DNA of 64,000 bases from Octopus vulgaris (lineage: Eukaryota). The stretch's first letter is position 1; the number at the start of each line of letters is the position of its first letter. The notes beneath the pieces were generated by a model, which saw nothing but the letters and a program-made list of their open reading frames with translations, was not told where the DNA came from and did no database searches. The translations under genes were made by a program, and so were the position numbers. The stretch is taken from positions 106,268,001 through 106,332,000 of the forward strand of contig OX597819.1 in NCBI GenBank assembly GCA_951406725.2, in the 5' to 3' direction. Positions 51,650-64,000 of this stretch are shown here, in pieces.

Positions 51650-53430
51650 AATTCAAGTAAGGGGGGTATTATTTAAGATTAATGAAAGGAATTTGGTCAT
51701 GTGTTTACATGAAAAAGCTTTCACATCCCTAGTGTTAACCATATGTCCATTCATTCTCATTATCATGTAGCTTTCTTCCAAACATAACCTACACATTTTG
51801 TTATTATATCTATACGATGGGGTATAAGATAGGATTTTCCAAGATATTAAGTAATCGATATTGTTTAGACCTGTTCTATTTTCTTTTCTAGAATCACTAA
51901 AGGAAGATCTATGATTATTCGTGATTTTATAGAATTGTTCAAACAACCAATGTATTTATATTTAGAGGAGTTATGAGTAATAATGGTTGCTTGGTGTACT
52001 ACTTCTTTCAAGTTACAATTTCTATCTAATTCATAAATATTTTAGTCTCTGCAATTACAATTTAAATTATTGGGTGGTACTATGTTGTTATGTTTAAATT
52101 TCTTAGGGATAATAGAATTTTGGTTATTATCATAATAGTTATAGAATTATTGGAGTTTCTAGGTATACTGAATGAAGTTCTTTTTATTATACAATAGGTG
52201 CAGTTTCTTATTGTTAAAAGAAATTATCCTAAAAGTGTTTGGAAAGACTGAAAATCCAAATTTGATTTTTTTGGTTACTAAATATTTTTGCTTATTTGGA
52301 AATTTGAAAGTTTTTATTAATTATAATTTTAATGGATATAATAAAATTAGATGTTAGATGTTTGGCAAAAGGTATTATGATTCAAGTAGTGTTATTGTTG
52401 TTTTCTTTATCAGAGTGATGGGATATGTTTTAGGAGTCATCTATTTTTACACATGGTATTGGTTTCTTTTCTTCTATTTTATTTCAATCTATATTAATAT
52501 GATTTCTGTGGTTATTTGTATTATGAGAGGGATTAGGTGAAATGAGATTATTTTCATTTTTTATGTTTATAGGTTTAATGTTCTTATTTGTATCTATAAT
52601 TAAGTGTTTATGGTGTTTACTGCTAGTACTCTAGCTTATTTTATATTAGTATTAGTGTAGTTAGTGATTTGGGAATGGCTAAAATTAACACTATTTTTTC
52701 TTTTAAAATTTTTTGGTTGTGGTGGTCGTATTGATTAAGTTTATTAGTATGTTTATTGTGGTTGTGAATTCTGTGTCTATTGCTAATGTTGTGTTGATGA
52801 CTATTATTAAGAGATTTTATTAGTTTGTCGGGGGTGTACTAATTCATCAGTTGACTTGGGAACACTACTATTGTCTATGTTGTTCATATCAAGATAAAAT
52901 TTGATATTTTAGTATTGATGCTGTATTTTTTTGTACTTCATTTCATATTTATATAGTGCCTCCTTAAGTCCTAGATTATAGTAGTTTTTATGTTTGTTAA
53001 AAAAGTTTTCATTTGATGATAATAGATTAATTCTTCTTTCTATGTTAGTGATCAGGTTTTTTTATAATGTTATAAGGATGGCTACTTTGAGCGTTTATGT
53101 ATGTGATATTGTTGTTAAGCGTATGGTAAGGCTGGTAGGAGGAAGTATTAAGATGAAAGTTAACGTCTAGGAAGTTCACAAAGTTGTTATCGTTTTCAAT
53201 AGTAATGGATTTTCCTTGGTTTTTGAAGAAATTCTATAGACTTTTTTTGGTGAGTTTTTTTTGTGGATTTTCTGTTGGCCGTATTTCTAAGTATAGTGCG
53301 TCGTCTCGGTAAAGACCATCTTCCAATTCAGAGAATTATTCTTTTAAGTCGGTGTAGAAGGTAAATTCCGAACTAAATCGGTTACTTCAGCGGAGTCTTG
53401 TGCGCACATGGGTACACCGAAACAGTCTGT
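51650..53430 (-). mobile_element. Penelope-like element relic (RT with YRDD motif + C-terminal GIY-YIG), possibly Naiad-type
   Basis: Minus-strand remnants FGVPMCAQDSAEVTDLV, DGLYRDDAL, VNFLDVNFHLNTSSYQPY, SSHPYNIIKN, CNCRD, VVHQATI...YKYIG, ISWKILSYTPSY...CRLCLEE. Confidence 0.85.
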
Positions 53431-53697
53431 TTGAAACGATCGGATGCATGTATTAAAATTCTTTGACATTTTAACATTTTCTATTCTCCATTTTTAACAA
53501 ATTTGTTGAATTTTGTGGCACACCTTTCCATAAATACTTAAGTCAGTAAGCCACCGGCGAAATATGAAGAATAGTGTTAATATGAAGAATCTTTATTAGA
53601 ATAATCGTGTTTTGGAGTACTCCAAATTCAACATATTCACGCACACACACTCACGAACAAACTAACGCACGCACACACACACACACACACACACACT

Positions 53698-53912
53698 GCT
53701 GGCAAGCTAGCGGAAACATTAGCACGCCGGACGAAATGCTTAGCGGTATTTCGTTATTTATGTTCTGAGTTTAAATTTCGCCGAGCTCGACTTCGACTTT
53801 CATCATTTTGGGGCCGATAAATCATCAGTTACCAGTTGCGGACTGGGGTCGAGGTAATAGAATGGCCCCACCTCCAAAATTCCAGGCCTTGTGCCTAGAC
53901 TAGAAAAGAACA
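53698..53912 (+). mobile_element. Monomeric SINE of the Nin/Deu-like family
   Basis: ggcaagctagcggaaacattagcacgccggacgaaatgcttagcggtatttcg... matches the reverse complement of the 24990 end. Confidence 0.8.
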
Positions 53913-53964
53913 TCCTAACTATATATATACTGTCGTATGTATGTGTATATTGTTCTGCAAATAC

Positions 53965-54090
53965 CACTGATAGGATAAGTACTAAACTTACAAAGAATAA
54001 ATCCTGTATTCGATTTGCTTGATCAACGGCGCTGCTCCAGCATGGACGCAGTCACATGAGTGAAACAAGTGAAACAAGTCAAACAAAAAA
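53965..54090 (+). mobile_element. Major SINE 3' fragment
   Basis: gataggataagtactaaacttacaaagaataa...gctccagcatggacgcagtc...gaaacaagt. Confidence 0.7.
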
Positions 54091-54150
54091 ATAAACTATG
54101 CATTTTTAATCCCGTGCAACGCCGGGTATCACTGCTAGTATATATATATG

Positions 54151-54202
<52 letters not shown>

Positions 54203-54440
54203 TGTCTATAAAAACAGGAAGAAATGCAGGTTAAAGCATACAAATTTATGTTACATTAGTCTCGTATCCCCTCTTTTACATTATATAACATCGTGTAATT
54301 GAACAGATTTCAAAGCGATTAATGTTTACGGAAAAATCAATGACTACCCAAATGCAGATTTGAATAATGACAAATGCACATATGAGAATCATATTAGGAC
54401 CTCAGATGTGCACATATATATGCGTGTAGGAATGGTTACA

Positions 54441-54483
<43 letters not shown>

Positions 54484-54617
54484 GATTGTATGTATTTATA
54501 GATGTATATATGCATATATGTATTTATATATCTATATTAACATGAATACATATATATGAACATGTGTATGTATGTATGCATATATATATATTTATGTTTA
54601 TTTATTAGCCCCACATG

Positions 54618-54697
<80 letters not shown>

Positions 54698-55063
54698 CAT
54701 ACACACACATACATATATATACATATACATACACACACATACATATATATTCATATATACACCGAAAAACATATTTATTACAAATAGACCAATATTAGCG
54801 TTATGCATACGGTGGTTTCATGTAAATATACATATGGGATTGATTTTACTGTCCACATTCACTGCTTTAACTTTGATCGCCCCTTCATGCTAGGCACGGT
54901 GATGTTAGTGAATAGTATTAGTTATGCACGAACATTAAATCCCCCATAGACACGTATATACATAAGTAGTCTCACATGCACATATACGCTTAAAATACAT
55001 ATCCTAATGTCTACGTGTATATATATATATATATATATATACTTATATATATATATACATATT

Positions 55064-55152
<89 letters not shown>

Positions 55153-56071
55153 CTACATATATGTGTGTGTGGTACATACGTGTGTGTCTATATGCATGTG
55201 GTTTCTTTTGAGATCGGTTGTGTATCGACTTCTGCTTATATCTATGTGTGTGTAGCCATCCTTGTAGTTGTGCGAAACAAACATTCCTTCTAGCTATTAT
55301 GTATTTTACAATGGAAATAGCATCCTTTACTTGAAAGATGTTTGTCTATTTAATAGTCCGTATAGTTTATCAATTTATGTTCCATGGCATTGATATATCT
55401 CACTATAATAAAGCTTATATATTGGAATTCTCTGCATAATATTATATTGGTGTTCATGTTAGTTATTCCTCACACAGTCCTGGTCATGTAAACCTATAAT
55501 CAAAGTTCTTTCAGTCGTTACCATCTACTGTTTTTACTAGATTCATTGCAGCCATTACCATATTATAATTTTTTTTCATATCAAGGTAGGCTATGTGTTT
55601 TGGTAGACATATGGATGTTATTTTTAGCTTTTCAACCGTTCAGGAACAGACTATATCATTGGTAATATTCTATATATATATTCATATGTATATGTTTATG
55701 CACATATATATCTATAGCTATATACGTGTATATATACCTATATCTATATGTAAGTATGTAAGCATACATACCCACACACACGAACATACACGCACACACA
55801 AACATACTTACACATGCGTACAATTTTTTATGAGAAACGAGTGTTCAATGCATGTAGAGTATATGGTCTTTTTATTGAAACTGAAAGTGAAATTGAGTAG
55901 CGACAGTAAGTTTGCTTCGGTAACAAATCTCTATGTATATATACATACACACAGACACACACATGCATACACTTGTATGCGTGTGTTTGAGCGTGTAAGT
56001 GTGTGTATGTATGCATACATACCTATGTATGCATGTATGTATGTATGTATGTATGTATGTATGTATGTATG

Positions 56072-56155
<84 letters not shown>

Positions 56156-58132
56156 TATATATGTCCTCATACAAGCACATGTGTGTATGCATTTGTGATT
56201 TATTCAAGTATTATCTTAAAGCAAGTTTACCAATAACAAGGCTCTATTTGCCGATGCTGGAAATGTTATAGTAAACGTATAATGTAATTTATTATATAAT
56301 TCGTGTTCACTGGGATTTGAAGTTAAACCTGAAGCGTTATGCTATAGTTGAATACGCCGTTAAGCAAACTTTGAAGGCTAATCAACATCAATTTTATGAC
56401 CGACATTTCTCTATCCGTGTATATGTGTATTTTTGTATAGAATATAATATACATAATATAATGTAATATAATATAATATAATATAATATAATATAATATA
56501 ACATATATACATATATATACACATATATACATATACATACATACACACACATACATATATGTGTATGTTCTCTTGAAATTTTGTAAGAATATAGCTGTTT
56601 TCAAACATATTTTATATACACAACTCCAACGCTTGTTTCTAGATATCACATGCTAATTGAATAATGTCTTGCGTACCTTTAAACACCTTACTTGAAATGT
56701 GGCCTCACATTTTCGAAAACTCTAGCTTTTCTAGATTGCCCTGTAGGTATTTACTAACAATACTAAGTTCAGTTCTTGAATGTAAGTTTATTACCTGGTT
56801 ACACAATATGAATGTATTTGTGTTTGTGTGAATGCAAATAGAATACTTGATACCGTAGGAAGTGTGTAAGAATATATTTTTTGATGTTGGAAATGGAAAT
56901 TATCAGAATCTGAGTTTCAGGTATCTGATTTTCGAAGTCAACTTTTGGAGAATGAATCTGGCAACCCCCAGTAAGAATATTTCAATAACGATATTTAGTT
57001 TTTTGCTGACAAAATAGAAAACTTTATAAGATGAATACGACCAAAGGCGTACTGCTTTGATAAAGTACATGGTCCATATATGCTAACGGTAAATATAATT
57101 TTATGATGCTTCATGGCTCACCTCAAAATAAACATCTGCGATTATATGGAATAATTATGTTTAATCTAAAACGAAACGGAGAATATTTACCTGCAAACAG
57201 AAGAATATTTTGTTGCTAATTATAATTCCACTACCCACCACAAGTGTACTTTAGTCAAGTCTTGGAAACCATTGGATATTTTTGTATGATTGCTTGCTTA
57301 TGAAGTATATTAGATTGCGTGTTTCTGAATTTTCTGTTTATTTTCGAAAAAGTAACCCGAGTTGAGTAAAATGGTACGATGTTGTTTGATGTGGATATCT
57401 TATAGCATAGAAAGATCCCAATTTTGGATGGAGTGGTTGATTATGGAAATGGATTGCTTATATGTCATTAAAAAAATATTAAACAAAAATTATACCAATT
57501 CCCAAGGCAAAGTAGTCGATTATTTTAAAGTTAATGAAATTTTCCCTTAGAAACACAATGGAAGATCATTTTCTATTAATAGGGATCCCGGTCCTCCACT
57601 AGGTAAACTCCAAAATATAATTTACGATTCCAAATATTTACTTCATAAACATAGAATAGAACAAGGAAACTTTGTAACATAATCTAATTTTTAGCTCTAG
57701 TATTGTAGGTATGAACAAAAACTGTTTTCAGTATAAAGTTAAAGTTAAAGTCTATAAAAGAAAATATATTTATATTTACTGGTTGAAGATAAAATCTTTG
57801 TTTCATCGAAAAGTATGATGTGGTCTACACATACAATATGTGTTATCTATTCATGAATATCAGAATACGTTAATTAATAAGAACGTGGGTGTAATCTGAT
57901 AGTAACGAGCTCGCATAAACAATTCCTATACAGACGCACACAAATCTGTCTTTCTATGTGTGTGAGTGTGTGCGTGAGTACGTGCGTGCTGTGTGTAGAA
58001 GTGTGTGTGTGTGAGTGCGTTTGCACGTGTGTACGTATGTGTATGCATGTTTGCGTGTATATAATGTGATGTATATATATATAAATATATATATATATGT
58101 ATATATATATATACATATACATACATAAATAT

Positions 58133-58187
<55 letters not shown>

Positions 58188-58196
58188 CACATACAT

Positions 58197-58246
<50 letters not shown>

Positions 58247-58919
58247 GTATATATTGTGTGTGTGGTGCATTCCGCTATTAATTACATAAGGGCTTCTATC
58301 AACAATACCACGCTCTATCTATAATTCGGTAAAGATTATTTCTCTTTAGACGGTAACTTACTTCAGTCAAAGGTCGAATGCTTATCAGTGATGAAATGAA
58401 AGATATTATAAATCAATCTCTACAATTGATTTTTTTGAAATAACACTAATCAAATCATACCGTGTTATTGGCTTGTAGGGACAACGAAATATATTGCAAA
58501 TACCTATTTAACAGGAATAAAATTACGAATTTATGCGTATTTGAACGTCCTTAACTATAAATTTATTTCTTAATATTTTCCCAAGACCTATGAGCCCATC
58601 ACATTCCGTTCGGTGGTTTGAAGTAAACGGCGATGCCACATCTAACGGTCTCTTAGATTCTGCAGACAGAGTCTTCATGTGATTGTAAAACACTGTATTC
58701 TTATGACTTGTTTAAATATATATACAGATATGAAATGATAATAGAATACATACACGTAGAATACATCTAGACACTCATGCACTCATACATACACGATACA
58801 TACATGCAAGCATAGATACACACACACAAACACACTTATATATATCACGACGCCAATCACATTCTTCTTTCCCGTTCTCTCCTGGACATTTTTGACTCTT
58901 GTTTACTCGAGATATCAAG

Positions 58920-59900
58920 TCTGTATATACTGTTATCCCTATACTGAAGCCTCACCACACACAGATATTTCCTTATCTTAGGTCTTCATCCTCAGCCTAG
59001 CAATTTTACCGTCTTCTATTTGACCGGACTTGCTCTCTCTTTTAACTGCTATTTCGTTTGCTATAGGGATTTACCATCAGGACAGGGGAGTGACTATGGA
59101 GACAAAAATGGACTACAAAGTTCGTTGGCTATGTTGAGGTCCAAATATTCTCACATTTTACCAGTATCACTCCTGATGTATACAGTCGGTACATCGACGA
59201 CCGTTTCAGTGAGACCACACTCTCTTGCGAATAACTCGAATCCCTTCTCTCTTTCATTGAATCATTCTACACCAACCTTGAATTCTACTGCTGTATCTCC
59301 AATAACACCTGTGACTTGAGATTTCCGTTGCCTTCAACCACTCCTCTCTTACCACCTTTACTCATTAGAAGGCTATAGACTCTCACTCCTACTGCAACTT
59401 CTCCTCTCATCCCATCCAAATCAAACTGTCCATCCTCTGCTTTCAGGTTCAACGTCTCCGTCGGTTCTGTAGAGAAGACTAAAACTTCGAAACAGCCCAA
59501 GCTCATGGCTCGCCACTACTGCCAACGGAGATACCCGCCCACTGTTATCCAAGCCGCTCTCGCCTGTGCCGGGTCTGTTGACTGCACGTACACCCTATCT
59601 GCTGGGGCCACCCTGTGCTTATCTGCCTCACGGTCCCGCATACTTACCGTTCCTCTCTCCACCTCTCCAACGTACTGTTTTATGTTTATCCAACACGTTT
59701 GCTTGCCACATTTTCCCTTATTAAGACGCACCCATAACCTACGTGAACTACTGGTCCTTAGATTCTTCAACATTCTTGTCATTCAACTTGGATCCTTCCC
59801 TTGATCTTGCCCATCCTCATGGACCCGTCCCTTCCGCCCTAGCACTCCTTCCACACCATCGACTCCTTCACGTACACTCCTAGTAATCTCGGTGCTCTTT
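58920..59900 (+). mobile_element. Decayed Penelope-like element
   Basis: YHQDRGVTMETKM, RYIDD (cggtacatcgacgac at about 59188), YRLSLLL / SSHP region, YCQRRYPPTVIQAAL. Confidence 0.75.
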
Positions 59901-60059
59901 GTCATTCTCCATACATTAGAAAAACTGGTGGATGCCATGTGGTTGCAAAGCGAATTTGTTTCCCACACAGCCATACCCTCGCCAGTATATATTCACACAC
60001 ACGCACATATATTTCCCCCACCCAAACGCCAACTTACACACATACACGTATATACTTTT

Positions 60060-60480
60060 ACTTTTTTATTCTTTTACTTGTTCCAGTCATTTGACTGCAG
60101 CCATGCCGAAGAAATCGACACCAGGACTTGTTCTTTGTAAGCCTACTACTTATTCTATCGGCTTCATTTGCCTTTTACTAAGTCACTGGGACGCAAGCAC
60201 ACCAAAACCTGTTATAAAGCGATGGTGGGGCGACAAACACAGACACACGCACATAAATATTTACACACACATACACACGCATATACACACATACACAAAC
60301 ACCAACACACATATATACACGATGGGCTTCTCTCAGTCTCCGTCTAACAAACTCACTCACAAGGCATTTGTCGGGCTGCGACTACAGTAGAAGATACCTA
60401 CCCAAGTTTCCACACAGTAGGACTGAACCTGGTACCATTTGGATGGAAAGCAAGCTTCTTACCACACCTCTGCGCTTGCA
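60060..60480 (-). mobile_element. Major bipartite SINE copy
   Basis: Homologous to 17870-18295 over its length. Confidence 0.8.
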
Positions 60481-60843
60481 CCTCCACCCAGTCAAGTCCC
60501 TATATATTGTACTCATACACACACGCGCGCGCGCACACACACACGCACACACAAAAACATATGTATGTATATATGTATTTACGCACATACATGTGCGTGA
60601 ATGCGTGTGTAAATCTATGCATACGTTATTTTCAGTTAACTGGGAATTTAAGTTTCGCCTTGTTGAATCTTCAACGAATCAAAACTAAATAAACACATCG
60701 GTTCGTTATACTCTACTAAATAAGTAGATTCTCATCATCAGAAAAAGTTTTTTTATTTGTTTCTTAATAATTGAGAAACAATACCGAATTAAGGTGCATG
60801 AAACATATCCATACATAAGAACCTAAATACCTGCATACATACG

Positions 60844-61006
<163 letters not shown>

Positions 61007-61533
61007 CATATAAATATTATATATGTGTGTATATAATATAAGATATATATATATATGTGCGTGTGTGTTATGTATATATGTATATTTATTGTCAGACGTA
61101 CGTAAACAATAATATCATATGCTAGATCACTCAATACACCATCTACAGTCTCTGCAACAATATATGTTACCGCAGTCACTATACAAAATTCAACTCTCCG
61201 TGGCTAATGCACATTTGTTTGCAATCTCCTCAACGATCTCAGAAATTGTTCTCCGCGCTGCAATGACTCTCTTAAGCGAATAATTTTTAATTTTATTTCT
61301 CATGCATTATTTTAGGCCGACTAAATTCGATGTGAATAATGGTATATTAATATTGTTTAGAATCATAATAAACAACTTCCTCTGTCACACTCCTCCCATT
61401 CTCCCTCCGCATGAGTCCCTGTATATATGTATGTACTATATATTTGCTATATATATATAAAGGCACGTATACCTATTTAGTTGTACACATACTCAGAAAC
61501 GCACACACATATACATGTATATACATATCTATC

Positions 61534-61566
<33 letters not shown>

Positions 61567-61601
61567 CCTATCTATATATATATATGTGTATATATATATA
61601 T

Positions 61602-61654
<53 letters not shown>

Positions 61655-61664
61655 TATATATATA

Positions 61665-62550
61665 TATAGGGGGGGCTTCAAAATATTTGTTATCATTTTA
61701 GATATAAATATCATAGAAACTGCATAGTCAAAGCAAATAAAACTAAACAAGCTTAATGTTGGGAAACATAAGAGTTATTCCTCCCAATTTGAATGAGAAA
61801 TTCAAAGGTTTGTGGATTCCATCAAAGATTTCACAAAGGTTCAATATGCGCATCGCCCGAGATACGGTCGATGTCAAGTTCATAGTCCATCTCTTCCCAA
61901 ACACGCTGCAGCATGTCTTAAGTTACAGTCTCCAGTGCGGTAGTCCCTGCTCGAGTTTCTCTAGGTTTGCAGGAATAGGGCGAATATAGACCAGACCCTT
62001 CACATAGCCCCATGTTTGCGATTTCGCTTGTCATCTGACATTGTGGCCTAATGTCATAATGTCATCAGACAAGCTGCAGCTTGTAGCCTTTCATTAGCAA
62101 GTGTTTATTCAAGACGCACCAGACTGTCGTTGGAGGAATCTGGGTATTCAGACTTGTTCTTCCTATGGTCTTCTTGGGGTTTCGTAAAAGTTTTTGGTGA
62201 ACCTGCCCGATGTCTTCTGATGTTAGTGTTCGCCCAGATCATTTTGCCCTGCACAGTTTCCGCTTTGAATGTTTTGTGCCATGTCCAAATCTGCATTATT
62301 GCTGATGACTTTTTAGAGAACTCTACCACAAATCCACGCTGCATTCTTGTTTGAATGTGTTCAACACACAAAACGCCTTTTCTCTCCCAGTGAAAGCCAC
62401 TTTTATACCTGAAAAGCTAAACATATGAAACATTAAACGTAAGATTTGGACCTGTTTCTACACATGCTGTTAAAATTTGAAGTCATTTGAACAAGAACTG
62501 GCTAAGTGATTAGATTGTGAAATGATATCAATGTTTTTGAAACACCCTAT
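61665..62550 (-). mobile_element. Deleted Tc1/mariner-superfamily element with terminal inverted repeats, inserted in (TA)n
   Basis: Left end tatagggggggcttcaaaatatttgttatcattt matches the reverse complement of the right end, tatagggtgtttcaaaaacattgatatcattt. Minus-strand remnant WGYVKGLVYIRPIPANLEKL. Confidence 0.8.
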
Positions 62551-62553
62551 ATA

Positions 62554-62607
<54 letters not shown>

Positions 62608-62865
62608 CATATAAAACTGTTTATATATTTCATATATATATATATGCATACATACATATATATGCATACATACATATATAAATATATGTATATATAAATA
62701 TATATATATATGTATATACATAGTTAGATAAGTAGATACGCAAACATGCGTACGTATGCGTGCATTTATAAAGATTCTTATGTATGTATATGCTATATGA
62801 TATATATGTACATATATATATATATATATATATAAATATATATACATATATGTGCGTGTGTGTGC

Positions 62866-62927
<62 letters not shown>

Positions 62928-64000
62928 CAGTAAATGAATAGTATCTACACATCTATTATCTAATGTTCAAAACTGGAAGAGATACGTAATATTTACTCGA
63001 TAGTTGGTTGCTCTTTCTAAGCGATAAACTAATCAAATACTCGAAGGCCTCACTAGGTCGGCTTCCAGCTGTTTTATGCTTTCACTGTTTACATAGGAGC
63101 TGCTATCAACAAAACTATATCACTCTATTCGTAATCATTGCGCTAGTGATTACTTCTCTTTATACTTTTATTTCCATGAGCCAGAGGTCGAATGCTTATC
63201 TGTCATGCAAGGAAAGAAAATATAAATCAATATCTACGATCGATTTCTTGAATAAAACCAATCAGGTCAGATCGTGCCATTCGCTTATATTATAAGCCTG
63301 TGCATTCCCAAGAAGCGATAATATAAACACAGACTTCGATTAATTGGGGGAAGACATCCCTTGAAGCTAGGTGGCGGAAATATATTCTGTATCTTTTATA
63401 CTGCTATTGTTATTTTTATATTTGCCAGTTTCTTTTCACTATTAATGGTATTGTTACTTTGGATCTTGTTATTGTTTTGTCCCCAGGCAGTACTGATCGA
63501 TGTGTGATCAAAAGTATTCAAGCTATGAACAAACATCTCATCTTATTTTCAGCTGTACTTTATATCAGAAGAGAAATACTCTATATTCACTGTTCACTTT
63601 ACATCCAACGACACACCGTACAAAACTATTTTTTGAGCTCCATCAGGTCCAATTTTATGCACATGTATACATCAGTTTGAAAATATCGCCGGTCACTTTA
63701 TGTCAAGGGAAACGTCAACCTCACTCTATGTGATGTCCCTTTCATTTCCTTCAAAGAACGAGCCCTTTCTCTAGCTCCTACTTATCCTCACCAACCGCTC
63801 CAAACTGTGTGTGTTTATTCGTTCTGTTTTCATAAACACATAGTGACATCACTGAACGCGAGTATTACCGTCCACTAACATGAACATGATAGTGGCAACC
63901 TTTAACTTTAAGTGTTACCACATCTTTAATCGCCTTCGCAGCCTCTTTAATGATCAGAAGATCTGCTTTCTTTAATCACATCTGCTGAAAATCTAATCTT

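Overview
AT-rich, microsatellite-dense eukaryotic DNA that is intronic or intergenic. The SINE families and repeat style suggest an octopod cephalopod (inference). No host protein-coding gene could be identified; almost all short ORFs in the track are translations of simple repeats. The only long intact ORF (41784-44798, minus) is an R4/Dong-type non-LTR retrotransposon with RT, a CCHC knuckle and a restriction-like endonuclease. It sits in a (TAA)n array next to an older relative. The window also holds at least five Penelope-like element (PLE) relics, four Tc1/mariner relics, hAT-like MITEs and many tRNA-derived SINEs. The most interesting signal is RNA structure: minimal type I hammerhead ribozyme motifs of the PLE kind occur in four unrelated repeat contexts (913, 1974/2391, 22545, 39842). 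One belongs to a non-coding element with a Pol III tRNA-like head, a (TAA)n spacer and a hammerhead tail, present as a head-to-head inverted pair. This is a candidate SINE-retrozyme hybrid mobilised by PLEs. All calls were made by eye and boundaries are approximate.
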